From contig JAQYOU010000022.1 in assembly GCA_028727105.1 (NCBI GenBank), positions 17,175-81,174 of the forward strand: a stretch of DNA of 64,000 nt, written 5' to 3'. Shown piece by piece: positions 29,050 through 38,858 of this stretch. Numbering within the stretch: the first letter of the stretch is position 1; the number at the start of each line of letters is the position of its first letter. This stretch comes from a bacterium (GTDB taxonomy: Bacteria > Bacillota > Clostridia > Lachnospirales > Lachnospiraceae). The notes beneath the pieces are model-generated. The model did not search any database, was not told the origin of the DNA, and was given only the letters and a program-made list of their open reading frames with translations. A program made the translations under genes and the position numbers.

Positions 29050-29670
29050 ATGACGAGAGAGGAAAAGTGGGAGAAGGATGAAACGGCGATCCGGGCTCTT
29101 GTGAGGGAGCATGATGGCGTGGTAAAAACGTCTGAATTATATACGCTGGGCATTGATCATCGCCGGATCCAGAGCTTTGTGGACTGGGGGGTGTTGCTCC
29201 GTGTGAAAAACGGCTATTATACGCTTCAGGAGCAGAAGCTGTCAGAGGATGAAATGGTGTTCCGCCTTTTTGGTGAGGACGGTATACTGACGATGGAAAG
29301 TGCACTTTATATTTACGGCTATCTTCCGGTAAAACCGTCGGAGTATCAGATCGCAGTGGATAAAAACACATCGAAGTCGCGTTTTCATCTGAATTATCCC
29401 TTTGTCCATCCCTATTACAGTGAGCCGAAGGTACTTTCTCTTGGCGTCACGCAGACGGAATTTGGCGGCGGTGTGATGAAGATCTATGACAGGGAGCGCC
29501 TCATGTGTGACTGTCTCAAATATGAGGATCACATGGACAGGGAAGATCTGAAACGGGCATTGCGCGGTTATCTGGCAGAACCCGTAAAGGACATCTCAAA
29601 GCTGCTGAGCTATGCAAAGGAGCGCAAGGTGCTGCATAAGGTACAAAACAGGATTGGAGTGTGGCTGTAA
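29050..29670 (+). CDS. AbiEi-family (type IV TA) antitoxin/regulator
   Basis: GVVKTSEL..G wHTH, LLRVKNGYY, ESALY, IYDRERLMCD; start uncertain. Confidence 0.85.
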   Translation: MTREEKWEKDETAIRALVREHDGVVKTSELYTLGIDHRRIQSFVDWGVLLRVKNGYYTLQEQKLSEDEMVFRLFGEDGILTMESALYIYGYLPVKPSEYQIAVDKNTSKSRFHLNYPFVHPYYSEPKVLSLGVTQTEFGGGVMKIYDRERLMCDCLKYEDHMDREDLKRALRGYLAEPVKDISKLLSYAKERKVLHKVQNRIGVWL

Positions 29671-30570
29671 TTGGGAAAGAGTCCAAAAAGAAATCTAGTT
29701 GGGAAGGCTGCGCTTGTTCAAAAGAGCACGGAGCTTGGGATCCCCATGGAGCGGCTGTTGGCGGGGTATGTGATGGAGCAGCTGGCGGTGATGCTTTCGG
29801 AGTCTGAGCGATCAAACCGCCTGCTTTTAAAAAATCCGGAGGTGCTGGGGCTGTCGGGACTTGCAAAAAATGACTGTCACCGACTGCATTACGTGTATGT
29901 AAAGCGACCCGGTGAGATGTTTTGTAAGTCGGATTTTGCAGCTTTTTTAAAGCAGACCATAAAATGGGAAACACAGACGAATATTGAATGGAGCTGGCGG
30001 TCCCGAACGGAGGGAGCAAGGCTTTTCGTAGAGCTTTCGACGGTGCTGGGTGAAATGCGTATGCCGGTGGAACTGGTCATCGATCCAATGGAAGCGGATC
30101 TGTCCGATGATCGGTTCGATGTTTATCCGGTGCGGCTGATCATGGAAAACAATAAGATCTGCAAGATCCATGTGTATGAAGGCCAGGCAGCGTTTTTTGA
30201 TGATCTGGGCGAGATCCTGACAAAGCTGGAGCTAATCCCGGATATGGCGGTGTATGAACGGGTATATGAGGCGCTTGGCAGGCTTGCTTTTGAGGGCAGA
30301 CAGTTTCAGAAGCGCCTGAACGGTTTCTGTAACGAGCACGGGATCCTGATGGACGAAGTCCGATACGCCCAGATGGAGCACTATCAGGATTATCCCTATA
30401 TGAAAAAAAAGTGGAACGCGTATGTAAAGAAGAGAAGAAGCAAGGGTCCATCCTGGGAAGAAGTATTCCACAGATTCTGGAGTTTTCTGATGCCGCCATG
30501 GGAGGCAGAACTGCAGGGGTTTGTTTATCTGGGCAGCTGGATTCCTGATCTTGGGAGGTATTTGGATTAA
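29671..30570 (+). CDS. AbiEii-like nucleotidyltransferase-fold protein, apparently degenerate
   Basis: YVMEQL..LS.S...LLLK N-terminus and position after abiEi; KGG and DxD motifs missing. Confidence 0.65.
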   Translation: MGKSPKRNLVGKAALVQKSTELGIPMERLLAGYVMEQLAVMLSESERSNRLLLKNPEVLGLSGLAKNDCHRLHYVYVKRPGEMFCKSDFAAFLKQTIKWETQTNIEWSWRSRTEGARLFVELSTVLGEMRMPVELVIDPMEADLSDDRFDVYPVRLIMENNKICKIHVYEGQAAFFDDLGEILTKLELIPDMAVYERVYEALGRLAFEGRQFQKRLNGFCNEHGILMDEVRYAQMEHYQDYPYMKKKWNAYVKKRRSKGPSWEEVFHRFWSFLMPPWEAELQGFVYLGSWIPDLGRYLD

Positions 30571-32001
30571 ATGTTACTGGAGCAATTGCAGGCGAATGAC
30601 CGGTCGGATGCATATCCGTTTCATATGCCGGGTCATAAAAGAAGGATGGAGCTTGGGACAGACGCCTATCATTTAGATATTACAGAGATCGACGGGTTTG
30701 ATAATCTGCATCACGCACAGGGGATCCTGAAGGAGGAGCAGGCGCGTTATGCAGATTATATTGGGGTAAACAGAAGCTTTTTTCTGGTCAATGGCAGCAC
30801 CTGCGGGATTCTGGCGGCAATCTCAGCCGCAGTCCCGCGGGGTGGAAAGCTTCTGATGGCGCGGAATTCACACAAGGCAGCGTATCATGCGCTGTTTTTG
30901 CGCCAGCTTCGGGCACACTATCTGTATCCGTGCATCACCGGATTTGACATTCAGGGTGCAATCTCGCCGGATCAGGTGAAAAAGGCGCTGGAGGATGACC
31001 CGGAGATAGCAGCTGTATATGTCACAAGTCCAACCTATGACGGTGTGGTGTCGGATGTAAAAGCGATTGCGGATCTTGTGCATGAGCATGGAAAAACGCT
31101 GATCGTGGATGAGGCACATGGAGCACATTTTGGCTTTCACCCGGCGTTTCCGCCTTCGGCTGCCGGGTGCGGTGCGGATGTGGTGATCCAGAGTGTGCAT
31201 AAGACGCTTCCCGCGTTTACACAGAGCGCCGTGATGCATCTTTGCTCGGATCGGATTTCTGCTGATGTGCTGGAGCAGTTTCTGGATATCTATGAAAGCA
31301 GCTCTCCGTCCTATGTATTAATGGCCGGGATCAGCCGTCTGGTACCGTTTTTGCAGTCTGAAGGAGCTGCCCGGTTTTCGGAATTGGCAAAGAATCTGGA
31401 GCAGTTTTATGAGAAGACGAAAAAACTCAGCTGCTTACATGTGATCCGGGAAGAGGATCTGAGCCGGTCGGAGGCTTTTCTGCGGGATCCGTCTAAGATA
31501 CTGATCAGTACAAAAAATTGTAATATCAATGGCAGACAGTTGTACGAACGTCTGCTGGAGGAGTTTCATCTGCAGCTGGAGATGTATTCCGGTGAATATG
31601 TGACCGCACTTTGTTCCCTGATGGATCAGGCGGAAGGGTTTGAACGGCTGGCAGATGCGCTGATCGCCATCGATGCAGCGATTTACAGGCTGTCAAAGGA
31701 GGACCAGCCCTTTGTTGCCCGGATGTATCGGGAGAGAGAGCAGGTCTGTTCCATCGCGGATGCAATGGAACAAGAGACAGAAGCCCTTCCGTGGCAGAAG
31801 GCCGAGGGTAGGATCAGCGGTGAATATGTGTATCTGTATCCGCCGGGAATCCCAATCCTTGTACCCGGTGAGCGCATAGACGCGCGCGTGATCTGTGATA
31901 TAGAGGAGATACGCGCCCGTGGAATGCTGCCGGAGGGACTTCGTGATATGCAGGCACGATCGATCCATGTAATATCATTTTATAATAATTGCATTGATTG
32001 A
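30571..32001 (+). CDS. PLP-dependent arginine/lysine/ornithine decarboxylase (YaaO-like)
   Basis: FHMPGHK, LVNGST, RNSHK, DEAHG, QSVHKT, YPPGIP. Confidence 0.93.
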   Translation: MLLEQLQANDRSDAYPFHMPGHKRRMELGTDAYHLDITEIDGFDNLHHAQGILKEEQARYADYIGVNRSFFLVNGSTCGILAAISAAVPRGGKLLMARNSHKAAYHALFLRQLRAHYLYPCITGFDIQGAISPDQVKKALEDDPEIAAVYVTSPTYDGVVSDVKAIADLVHEHGKTLIVDEAHGAHFGFHPAFPPSAAGCGADVVIQSVHKTLPAFTQSAVMHLCSDRISADVLEQFLDIYESSSPSYVLMAGISRLVPFLQSEGAARFSELAKNLEQFYEKTKKLSCLHVIREEDLSRSEAFLRDPSKILISTKNCNINGRQLYERLLEEFHLQLEMYSGEYVTALCSLMDQAEGFERLADALIAIDAAIYRLSKEDQPFVARMYREREQVCSIADAMEQETEALPWQKAEGRISGEYVYLYPPGIPILVPGERIDARVICDIEEIRARGMLPEGLRDMQARSIHVISFYNNCID

Positions 32002-32082
32002 AAGATTAGAGTATACTAATGAAGTCAGAGTGGGTTTTGACAATTTTGTTAAGACCAAAGGATAAGATCCCGGAAAGGAAAT

Positions 32083-32685
32083 TTGAAACAGGTGAGTTAT
32101 ATATTTTGTCTCATGGGAAAAAGCTCCTCCGGAAAGGATACGGTCTATCAGCGGCTGCTGGCAGAAAAAGAGCTGCAGCTGGATCGTCTGGTAACGGGGA
32201 CGACACGTCCGATCCGGGAAGGTGAGCGTGACGGAGAGGAATACTATTTTTATACGGATGAACAGTTTCAGAAGCTGCGGGCAGACGGAAAGATCATCGA
32301 ATGCCGCTCCTATGATACCATACATGGAATCTGGAACTATTTTACAGTGGCGTATGAAAAGCTGGATGTCGCTCATCACGACTATCTGACCATCAATACA
32401 CTGGAGGCATATGTAAAGCTTCGGGATCATTTTGGAAAAGACCGTCTGGTGCCGGTCTATCTGGAGGTAGACGACGGCCTTCGGCTTCAGCGGGCACTTG
32501 ACCGGGAGCGGGTGCAGCAAAAGCCCCGTTACAAAGAGCTTTGTAGGCGGTTTTTGGCGGATGAAGAGGATTTTTCACCGGAAAATCTGTCCCGTGCAAA
32601 CATACAGCCCATTTTTGAGAATGTTGTGCTGGATGATACAGTGGCAAAGGTGGCTGCATATATCAAAAGCATACAAAACAGGTGA
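32083..32685 (+). CDS. guanylate kinase-like nucleoside monophosphate kinase
   Basis: GKSSSGKDT P-loop, TTRPIREGERDGEEYYF; TTGCAT-17-TATACT promoter at 31989-32017. Confidence 0.85.
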   Translation: MKQVSYIFCLMGKSSSGKDTVYQRLLAEKELQLDRLVTGTTRPIREGERDGEEYYFYTDEQFQKLRADGKIIECRSYDTIHGIWNYFTVAYEKLDVAHHDYLTINTLEAYVKLRDHFGKDRLVPVYLEVDDGLRLQRALDRERVQQKPRYKELCRRFLADEEDFSPENLSRANIQPIFENVVLDDTVAKVAAYIKSIQNR

Positions 32686-32688
32686 GAT

Positions 32689-33132
32689 ATGGATAATTTC
32701 AGAGTAAATGAGACAACACCGGTATCGTCCGTGAACCGGGCGGAAAACACGCAGCCGGTGGATGACAGCTTCCGCTTTACGCTGACCAGTGCCATTGCGG
32801 ATGCGGATCTTCAGACAAAGATCAACAATATGTTAAACGATATCAATGTGCAGGGGAAGCTGATCGCCCGGCATATGGATATCCGGGAAATGAAACGATA
32901 TCGGGGACTGATCAAGGATTTTTTGAATGAGGTCGTAAACCGGTCACATAAATTCTCCAGAGAGAATTTTCTGGATCATCGCGGAAGACATCGTGTGTAT
33001 GGGATCATCCGCCTGATCGATGAGAATCTGGATGAGCTGGCCCAGGAGCTGGTGGAAGATGAAAAGAACCAGATCGATATTTTGAGTCGCATCGGTGAAA
33101 TAGAAGGACTGCTTTTGGATATTTTAACGTAA
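32689..33132 (+). CDS. yaaR: YaaR (DUF327) family protein
   Basis: YRGLIKDFL and IGEIEGLLLD motifs; precedes holB. Confidence 0.88.
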   Translation: MDNFRVNETTPVSSVNRAENTQPVDDSFRFTLTSAIADADLQTKINNMLNDINVQGKLIARHMDIREMKRYRGLIKDFLNEVVNRSHKFSRENFLDHRGRHRVYGIIRLIDENLDELAQELVEDEKNQIDILSRIGEIEGLLLDILT

Positions 33133-33145
33133 GGAGGAGGCACAC

Positions 33146-34135
33146 ATGGCAGCTTTTTCGGATATTTTGGGAAACGAACAGATCATAGAACACTTGAAGA
33201 ACGCGATCCGTATGGGGAAGGTGAGCCACGCCTATATTTTGAACGCGCCGGTGTCATCCGGAAAAATGATGATCGCGGAGGCATTCGCTGCGACACTCCA
33301 GTGTGAAAAGAAGGGAACAGAGCCCTGCATGGAATGCCATTCCTGTAAGCAGGCCGCCAGTCATAATCATCCGGACATCATTTATGTCCGGCATGAAAAG
33401 CCGAATACCATCGGCGTGGATGATATCCGTGTTCAGATCAATCAGGATATAGCAGTAAAGCCTTACAGCAGCCCGTATAAGATCTATATTGTGGATGAGG
33501 CGGAGAAAATGAACGTACAGGCACAGAATGCGCTGCTCAAAACCATCGAGGAGCCGCCGGCATACGGTGTGATCCTGCTTCTTACAACCAATGCAGATGC
33601 GTTTTTACCCACGATCCTGTCCCGCTGCATCCGTTTGGACTTAAAGCCGGTGGCGGATGATAAGATCAAGGATTTTCTTATGAAAACCTGCGGTGTGGTG
33701 GATTATCAGGCTGATATCTGTGTGGACTTTTCGCAGGGGATCGTCGGAAGAGCAGTGACGCTTGCATCTTCCGCTCATTTTAATGAGATTAAGGATGCTG
33801 CGCTTCAGCTGCTAAAGCGTGTGAAGGACATCGATCTGTCTGAGATGATCGGAGCAGTGAAGCAGATCAGCGAATATAAGCTGGATATCAACGACTTTTT
33901 TGATATCATGATGATCTGGTATCGGGATGTGTTGTTATATAAAGCAACCGCGGACGTGAACGGACTGGTCTTTAAGGATGAAGTCTATGAGATAAAGAAA
34001 CAGGCAAATACAAGCTCTTATCATGGCATCGAGCTGATCCTGGAGGGATTGGAAAAAGCGAAGATGCGTCTGGATGCAAATGTGAACTTTGAGCTGGTGA
34101 TCGAGCTTTTGCTGTTAACAATAAAGGAGAATTGA
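33146..34135 (+). CDS. holB: DNA polymerase III subunit delta'
   Basis: HAYI, CxxCxxC, HPD, AQNALLKTIEEPP, TILSRC. Confidence 0.94.
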   Translation: MAAFSDILGNEQIIEHLKNAIRMGKVSHAYILNAPVSSGKMMIAEAFAATLQCEKKGTEPCMECHSCKQAASHNHPDIIYVRHEKPNTIGVDDIRVQINQDIAVKPYSSPYKIYIVDEAEKMNVQAQNALLKTIEEPPAYGVILLLTTNADAFLPTILSRCIRLDLKPVADDKIKDFLMKTCGVVDYQADICVDFSQGIVGRAVTLASSAHFNEIKDAALQLLKRVKDIDLSEMIGAVKQISEYKLDINDFFDIMMIWYRDVLLYKATADVNGLVFKDEVYEIKKQANTSSYHGIELILEGLEKAKMRLDANVNFELVIELLLLTIKEN

Positions 34136-34136
34136 G

Positions 34137-35387
34137 ATGATAAAAGTAGTAGGAATCCGTTTTCGAAATGCAGGAAAGATCTATTATTTTGATCCGAAGG
34201 ATTTCGAGATGGAGGTTGGAAGTCACGCCATCGTGGAGACTGCCAGAGGAATTGAATACGGAACGGTTTTGATCGCTCCCAGAGAGGTGGCGGATGATCA
34301 GGTGATCCAGCCCTTAAAGCCGGTGATCCGTGTTGCCACTGAAGAGGATACAAAGACGGTGGAGCGGAACCGCGAACGGGAAAAAAGCGCTTATAAAACC
34401 TGTCAGGAGAAGATTGCAAAGCACGGCCTGGAGATGAAGCTGGTGCAGGCGGAGTACACGTTTGATAACAATAAGCTGCTGTTCTATTTCACGGCGGACG
34501 GTCGCATTGATTTCCGTGAGCTGGTAAAGGATCTGGCAAGTGTGTTCCGCACCCGTATCGAGCTGCGACAGATCGGTGTCAGGGATGAGACCAAGCTGCT
34601 GGGCGGAATCGGAATCTGCGGAAGAGAGCTTTGCTGCTGCTCTTACCTGTCGGATTTCGTTCCGGTATCTATCAAAATGGCAAAGGAGCAGAACCTTTCT
34701 TTAAATCCTACGAAGATCTCCGGTGTCTGCGGACGACTCATGTGTTGTCTGAAAAATGAGGAAGAAACCTATGAGTATTTAAACAGCCGGCTGCCGGGTG
34801 TGGGTGATTCCGTGACAACTGCAACCGGACAGGTCGGCGAGGTACAGAGTGTCAATGTGCTCAGGCAGAAGGTAAAGGTACTGATCGAGGTGGATGATGA
34901 GAAGGAGCTGCATGAGTATGATGTGGACGAGCTGAGATTCCGCCCCCGCAGAAAGAATGTAAAGCTTTCCGCGAAAGAACTGGAGGAGCTGGAGGGCCTG
35001 GCAGATGAAGAGCTTGCCGGGCCTGAGAAGCAGGCATCCGAAAAGCCGGAACAGGAAAAACGTGAGGGACGCCGCGAGAACCGTGACCAAAACCGCGAAG
35101 GTAAGGACCACGGTCAGCAGCGTGAACGCAGAGACCGCGGCAAAAACCGGGACCGCAAGGATGGCGGAAAAGATCGGGAAAAGACAGCGGAAGCCCGTTC
35201 TGAAAAAGACAACCGCGATCAGAACCGTGAAAGCAGGGATCAAAATCGCGACAATCGTGACCAGAATCGCGAGAACCGCGAACAGGGATCACGGAAAAAC
35301 CATCATTACAGAAACCGGAACAAAAAGGATCGGGGAGAAAAAACAAATGCCGGAGAAGACAGACAGCCTTCAGAATCAAAGTCCTAA
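34137..35387 (+). CDS. ricT: RicT/YaaT (PSP1 domain) with charged low-complexity tail
   Basis: RIDFRELVK, RQIGVRDE, GICGRELCC, SGVCGRLMCCL. Confidence 0.93.
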   Translation: MIKVVGIRFRNAGKIYYFDPKDFEMEVGSHAIVETARGIEYGTVLIAPREVADDQVIQPLKPVIRVATEEDTKTVERNREREKSAYKTCQEKIAKHGLEMKLVQAEYTFDNNKLLFYFTADGRIDFRELVKDLASVFRTRIELRQIGVRDETKLLGGIGICGRELCCCSYLSDFVPVSIKMAKEQNLSLNPTKISGVCGRLMCCLKNEEETYEYLNSRLPGVGDSVTTATGQVGEVQSVNVLRQKVKVLIEVDDEKELHEYDVDELRFRPRRKNVKLSAKELEELEGLADEELAGPEKQASEKPEQEKREGRRENRDQNREGKDHGQQRERRDRGKNRDRKDGGKDREKTAEARSEKDNRDQNRESRDQNRDNRDQNRENREQGSRKNHHYRNRNKKDRGEKTNAGEDRQPSESKS

Positions 35388-36132
35388 CAGACAGTCTGAG
35401 ATATTGCTAAAGCCCGGAGAGCGTCTGGATGATCTGGAGCGGAACGGTTACCGGATCATTCAGAGCGAGAAGCGTTTTTGCTTTGGCATGGATGCGGTGC
35501 TCTTATCCGGTTTTGCACAGGTAAAACCGCGAGAACAGGTGCTGGATCTGGGAACCGGTACCGGAATCATTCCCATTCTCCTGGAGGCAAAAACTCCCGG
35601 AAAGCATTTTACCGGCCTGGAGATCCAGACGGAAAGTGCAGATATGGCGGCGCGCAGTGTGCGGCTCAACGGACTGGAGGACAAAATAGAGATCGTAACC
35701 GGTGATATCAAGGATGCTTCGAACCTGTTTGGAGCATCTTCTTTTGATGTGATCACGACAAATCCGCCCTATATGATCGGGCAGCATGGTCTGCAGAATG
35801 CGGACGAGGCAAAGACCATCGCAAGGCATGAGATCCTCTGTACCCTGGAGGACGTGATCGCCCAAAGCGCAAAGCTGTTAAAGCCGCGGGGTCGCTTTTA
35901 TATGGTTCACCGTCCGTTTCGCCTGGTGGAGATCTTCTGCCTGATGCATCAATATGGCATCGAGCCAAAGCGCATGCAGATGGTGCACCCCTTTGTGGAC
36001 AAAGAGCCGAATATGGTGCTGATCGAAGGACTGCGCGGAGGAAATGCGAGATTGACGGTGGAAAAGCCGGTCATTGTATTTCGGGAACCCGGAATTTATA
36101 CGGAGGAGATAACGGAAGTTTATGGATACTAA
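35347..36132 (+). CDS. tRNA1(Val) A37 N6-methyltransferase (YabB/TrmN6)
   Basis: FCFGMDAVLL, LDLGTGTG, NPPY, ARHE; start chosen at ATG 35347 with GGGGAG RBS, overlapping the ricT end. Confidence 0.9.
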   Translation: MPEKTDSLQNQSPNRQSEILLKPGERLDDLERNGYRIIQSEKRFCFGMDAVLLSGFAQVKPREQVLDLGTGTGIIPILLEAKTPGKHFTGLEIQTESADMAARSVRLNGLEDKIEIVTGDIKDASNLFGASSFDVITTNPPYMIGQHGLQNADEAKTIARHEILCTLEDVIAQSAKLLKPRGRFYMVHRPFRLVEIFCLMHQYGIEPKRMQMVHPFVDKEPNMVLIEGLRGGNARLTVEKPVIVFREPGIYTEEITEVYGY

Positions 36133-36976
36133 GGGAACCTTATACCTGTGTGCAACACCGATCGGAAATCTGGAGGATATTACCTATCGCGTGCTGCGCA
36201 CGTTAAAGGAAGTGGATCTGATCGCGGCGGAGGACACAAGAAATTCCATAAAGCTGCTGAATCATTTTGAGATCCACACGCCGATGACAAGCTATCATGA
36301 ATTCAACAAGATCGACAAGGCTTATCAGCTGGTGGAGCAGCTGCGGCAGGGAAAAAACATTGCACTGATCACAGATGCGGGAACGCCGGGTATTTCCGAT
36401 CCGGGCGAGGATCTGGTGCGTATTGCGTTAGAGGCCGGTATCCACGTGACGTCACTGCCGGGAGCCGCTGCATGTATCACTGCCCTCACCATGTCCGGGC
36501 AGCCCACCAGGCGTTTTACATTCGAGGCTTTTTTGCCCCGCGATAAAAAAGAGCGGGCAAACATCCTGGAGGAATTAAAGACAGAAACCCGTACGATCAT
36601 TCTCTATGAAGCGCCGCATCATCTGATCGCGACGCTGGAAGAGCTGCGGGAAGCATTGGGAGACCGTTCCATCTCCCTGTGCCGGGAGCTGACCAAGAAA
36701 TATGAGGATATTCAGAAAACGACATTAGATGATGTCTTATTATACTTTAAGGACCATGAACCAAGGGGCGAATATGTCCTTGTCATATCCGGAAAGGATC
36801 GGAGGGAACTGGAGGAGCAGGCAAGAGAGGCATGGGAAAAATTATCATTTTCCGAACACATGGCAATCTATGAGGCTAAGGAGATCCCCCGTAAGGAGGC
36901 CATGAAGCTGGTGGCAAAGGACCGGGGGATCTCCAAGAGAGATGTCTATCAGGCGTTGCTTTCGGAAGAATCGTAA
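36122..36976 (+). CDS. rsmI: 16S rRNA (cytidine(1402)-2'-O)-methyltransferase RsmI
   Basis: LYLCATPIGNLEDIT, AEDTR, DAGTPGISDPG, RELTK. Confidence 0.96.
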   Translation: MDTKGTLYLCATPIGNLEDITYRVLRTLKEVDLIAAEDTRNSIKLLNHFEIHTPMTSYHEFNKIDKAYQLVEQLRQGKNIALITDAGTPGISDPGEDLVRIALEAGIHVTSLPGAAACITALTMSGQPTRRFTFEAFLPRDKKERANILEELKTETRTIILYEAPHHLIATLEELREALGDRSISLCRELTKKYEDIQKTTLDDVLLYFKDHEPRGEYVLVISGKDRRELEEQAREAWEKLSFSEHMAIYEAKEIPRKEAMKLVAKDRGISKRDVYQALLSEES

Positions 36977-38760
36977 TAGAGCGGAAAATATTTTTGAATG
37001 ATGGAAAAAGGTGCCGGACCAATGGCCAGCAGTGCCTGGTGAAACGCTTTGTCGTTGTAATCAGAGCCATAGCGGTTCACGGCATCTTTTTTTAGTTCCA
37101 GAAATTCCAGGTACCCTACGTAATACTTCAGGTAGTTCGCGGGAGCTTCTACTACAAGCTCATAAATATGATCAGCCGCCTCTACGGATGAGATTCCGTG
37201 GTCGGACAAAAATTCCAGCACGATATCCCGATCCCAGCCTTCCTGATGGACACCGATGTCGATGGATGCATAGAGACTTAACGTGGCGGAGGCGTTTAAC
37301 TGCAGGGCGTGAGCGAGCAAGGGATCCAGATCTGCGTAATCATAGGAGAGCATCTCCACATAGGTGGCCCAGCCCTCGGTGTAGCCGCCAAAATTAAGGA
37401 TATGCCTAAGCGGAGAGAACTCCTGGTCGTAGGAGCTGACCGTTTCATAGAGATGTCCCGGATAGCCCTCATGTGCAAGAGTGGTAAAAAGCTCCATGTC
37501 TGTGTGGTTGTACGCGGGGTTAATATAAATATTATTTTCATCCGGATCATCCATCGGAGCCGTCAGGTAAAAGGCCGGGGAGAGATATTTCTGCATGGCG
37601 GGTTCCACAGTCTTTACCTCATAATGATTGTCGGAAGGCATGGGAAAATCCGCTTCCATACAGGTTTTCAGATGTTCCAGCATCTCCGTCGGTGTGTTCC
37701 AGGATAACTGAATGTCAGTCATTTGAGACAAAATATTTGGGTTATTTTTTATTATATTTCCTAATTCGGACATATCTTCTTGTCTTTTATTGGCGATCAT
37801 TACATTTAGCTCAGGGACGCTTCTAACGCTTGCCGTTGTTTTTTTGACCAGATAGGAGTAATACTGCAAACCACCGGGAAGGCTGCACAGACCGCCTTCC
37901 TGCCGGGAAGTTTCCCGCAGGCGGGACAGTGCTGTGCGAAGGGCTTCATAGGCCGGTACCATACAATCATCAATGAGCTTTTGGTGTTCGCTTCTATAAT
38001 CGGCCTGAAGTTCCTCTGAAAGGCCGGATATCTTCGACAGCTTTTCCGGAAAGGTTTCGATCAGGCAGGAAAAAGCCGGTGATGTCAGCATGGAGGATAG
38101 CTGCGCGATCACGGCGTCCGTGACAAAAGAGGGCATAAACAGTCCTTTGGATGATTTGCGTTCTTCGAAGCTTACGATCTGGGAAAAGTAGTCGGGAACG
38201 ACGGACATCAGCGCCAGATAATCTTCCACATCCTTTGTATTTCGAAAGGTATATTCCGCCAGCAGTACCGGAAGCTCTGCCTGGATACCGTTGATGGGAT
38301 TTAACGGTTCTTCATAGTAATAGTAATCACAGCCCTCCAGGTTTTGTTCCAGAGTGTAGGAAAGGATATCGTAGGTGAGCTGTTGATCTACCGGAAGCGA
38401 ATCATAGTCGTAGCGCATGCAACCGGCACTGATGTTTTCACAGGCGAGCTGTGTGGCAAGGATGTTTTTCTCATCCAGTGAGCCCAGTGAGGCCTGATGC
38501 TCTGAAATTCCATAGTTTTCCGGGTGAGCCAGCATATAATGGAGACTGATCGTGTCGGAGGAGAGCTGTTCCTGAAAGAGCAGCTTGGTATAGGTTTGGA
38601 AATCCGGCTGTTTTTTCGCTTGTATAGAGGAAAAAGCAGACATGCTGCCGGTAAAAAGTATGGCAATGCATAGTCCCAGACCTGCCAGCCGGATACCAAG
38701 CCCTGTTTTTCGGTGAAAGAATTCTTTGATTGTCGTTGGATCGATCTTTTTTCCTGTCAT
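36949..38760 (-). CDS. DUF885 family protein
   Basis: HEGYPGH, EGWATY and YYVGYL motifs; N-terminal signal/TM. Confidence 0.9.
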   Translation of the reverse strand: MTGKKIDPTTIKEFFHRKTGLGIRLAGLGLCIAILFTGSMSAFSSIQAKKQPDFQTYTKLLFQEQLSSDTISLHYMLAHPENYGISEHQASLGSLDEKNILATQLACENISAGCMRYDYDSLPVDQQLTYDILSYTLEQNLEGCDYYYYEEPLNPINGIQAELPVLLAEYTFRNTKDVEDYLALMSVVPDYFSQIVSFEERKSSKGLFMPSFVTDAVIAQLSSMLTSPAFSCLIETFPEKLSKISGLSEELQADYRSEHQKLIDDCMVPAYEALRTALSRLRETSRQEGGLCSLPGGLQYYSYLVKKTTASVRSVPELNVMIANKRQEDMSELGNIIKNNPNILSQMTDIQLSWNTPTEMLEHLKTCMEADFPMPSDNHYEVKTVEPAMQKYLSPAFYLTAPMDDPDENNIYINPAYNHTDMELFTTLAHEGYPGHLYETVSSYDQEFSPLRHILNFGGYTEGWATYVEMLSYDYADLDPLLAHALQLNASATLSLYASIDIGVHQEGWDRDIVLEFLSDHGISSVEAADHIYELVVEAPANYLKYYVGYLEFLELKKDAVNRYGSDYNDKAFHQALLAIGPAPFSIIQKYFPLYYDSSESNA

Positions 38761-38788
38761 TGCACTTTTTCCGGGACTATGCTAAAAT
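38760..38788 (+). promoter_or_regulatory. sigma-A promoter of the DUF5704 gene
   Basis: TTGCAC-17-TAAAAT with extended TG. Confidence 0.55.
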
Positions 38789-38812
38789 AAAGCCCTAATT
38801 CAATGTCTATAG

Positions 38813-38841
38813 ATTCTATGTTTTGGATCCCGATTGTATGA
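38813..38841 (-). promoter_or_regulatory. sigma-E-like promoter of the DUF885 gene
   Basis: TCATACA-N14-CATAGAAT matches the sigma-E consensus. Confidence 0.55.
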
Positions 38842-38858
38842 CTACAAGGAGGGATTGA

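Noticed and set aside
35005-35346. N-terminal extension of yabB or programmed frameshift from ricT
   Set aside because: The open frame is explained by the repetitive ricT tail; it has no RBS, and a better start exists at 35347
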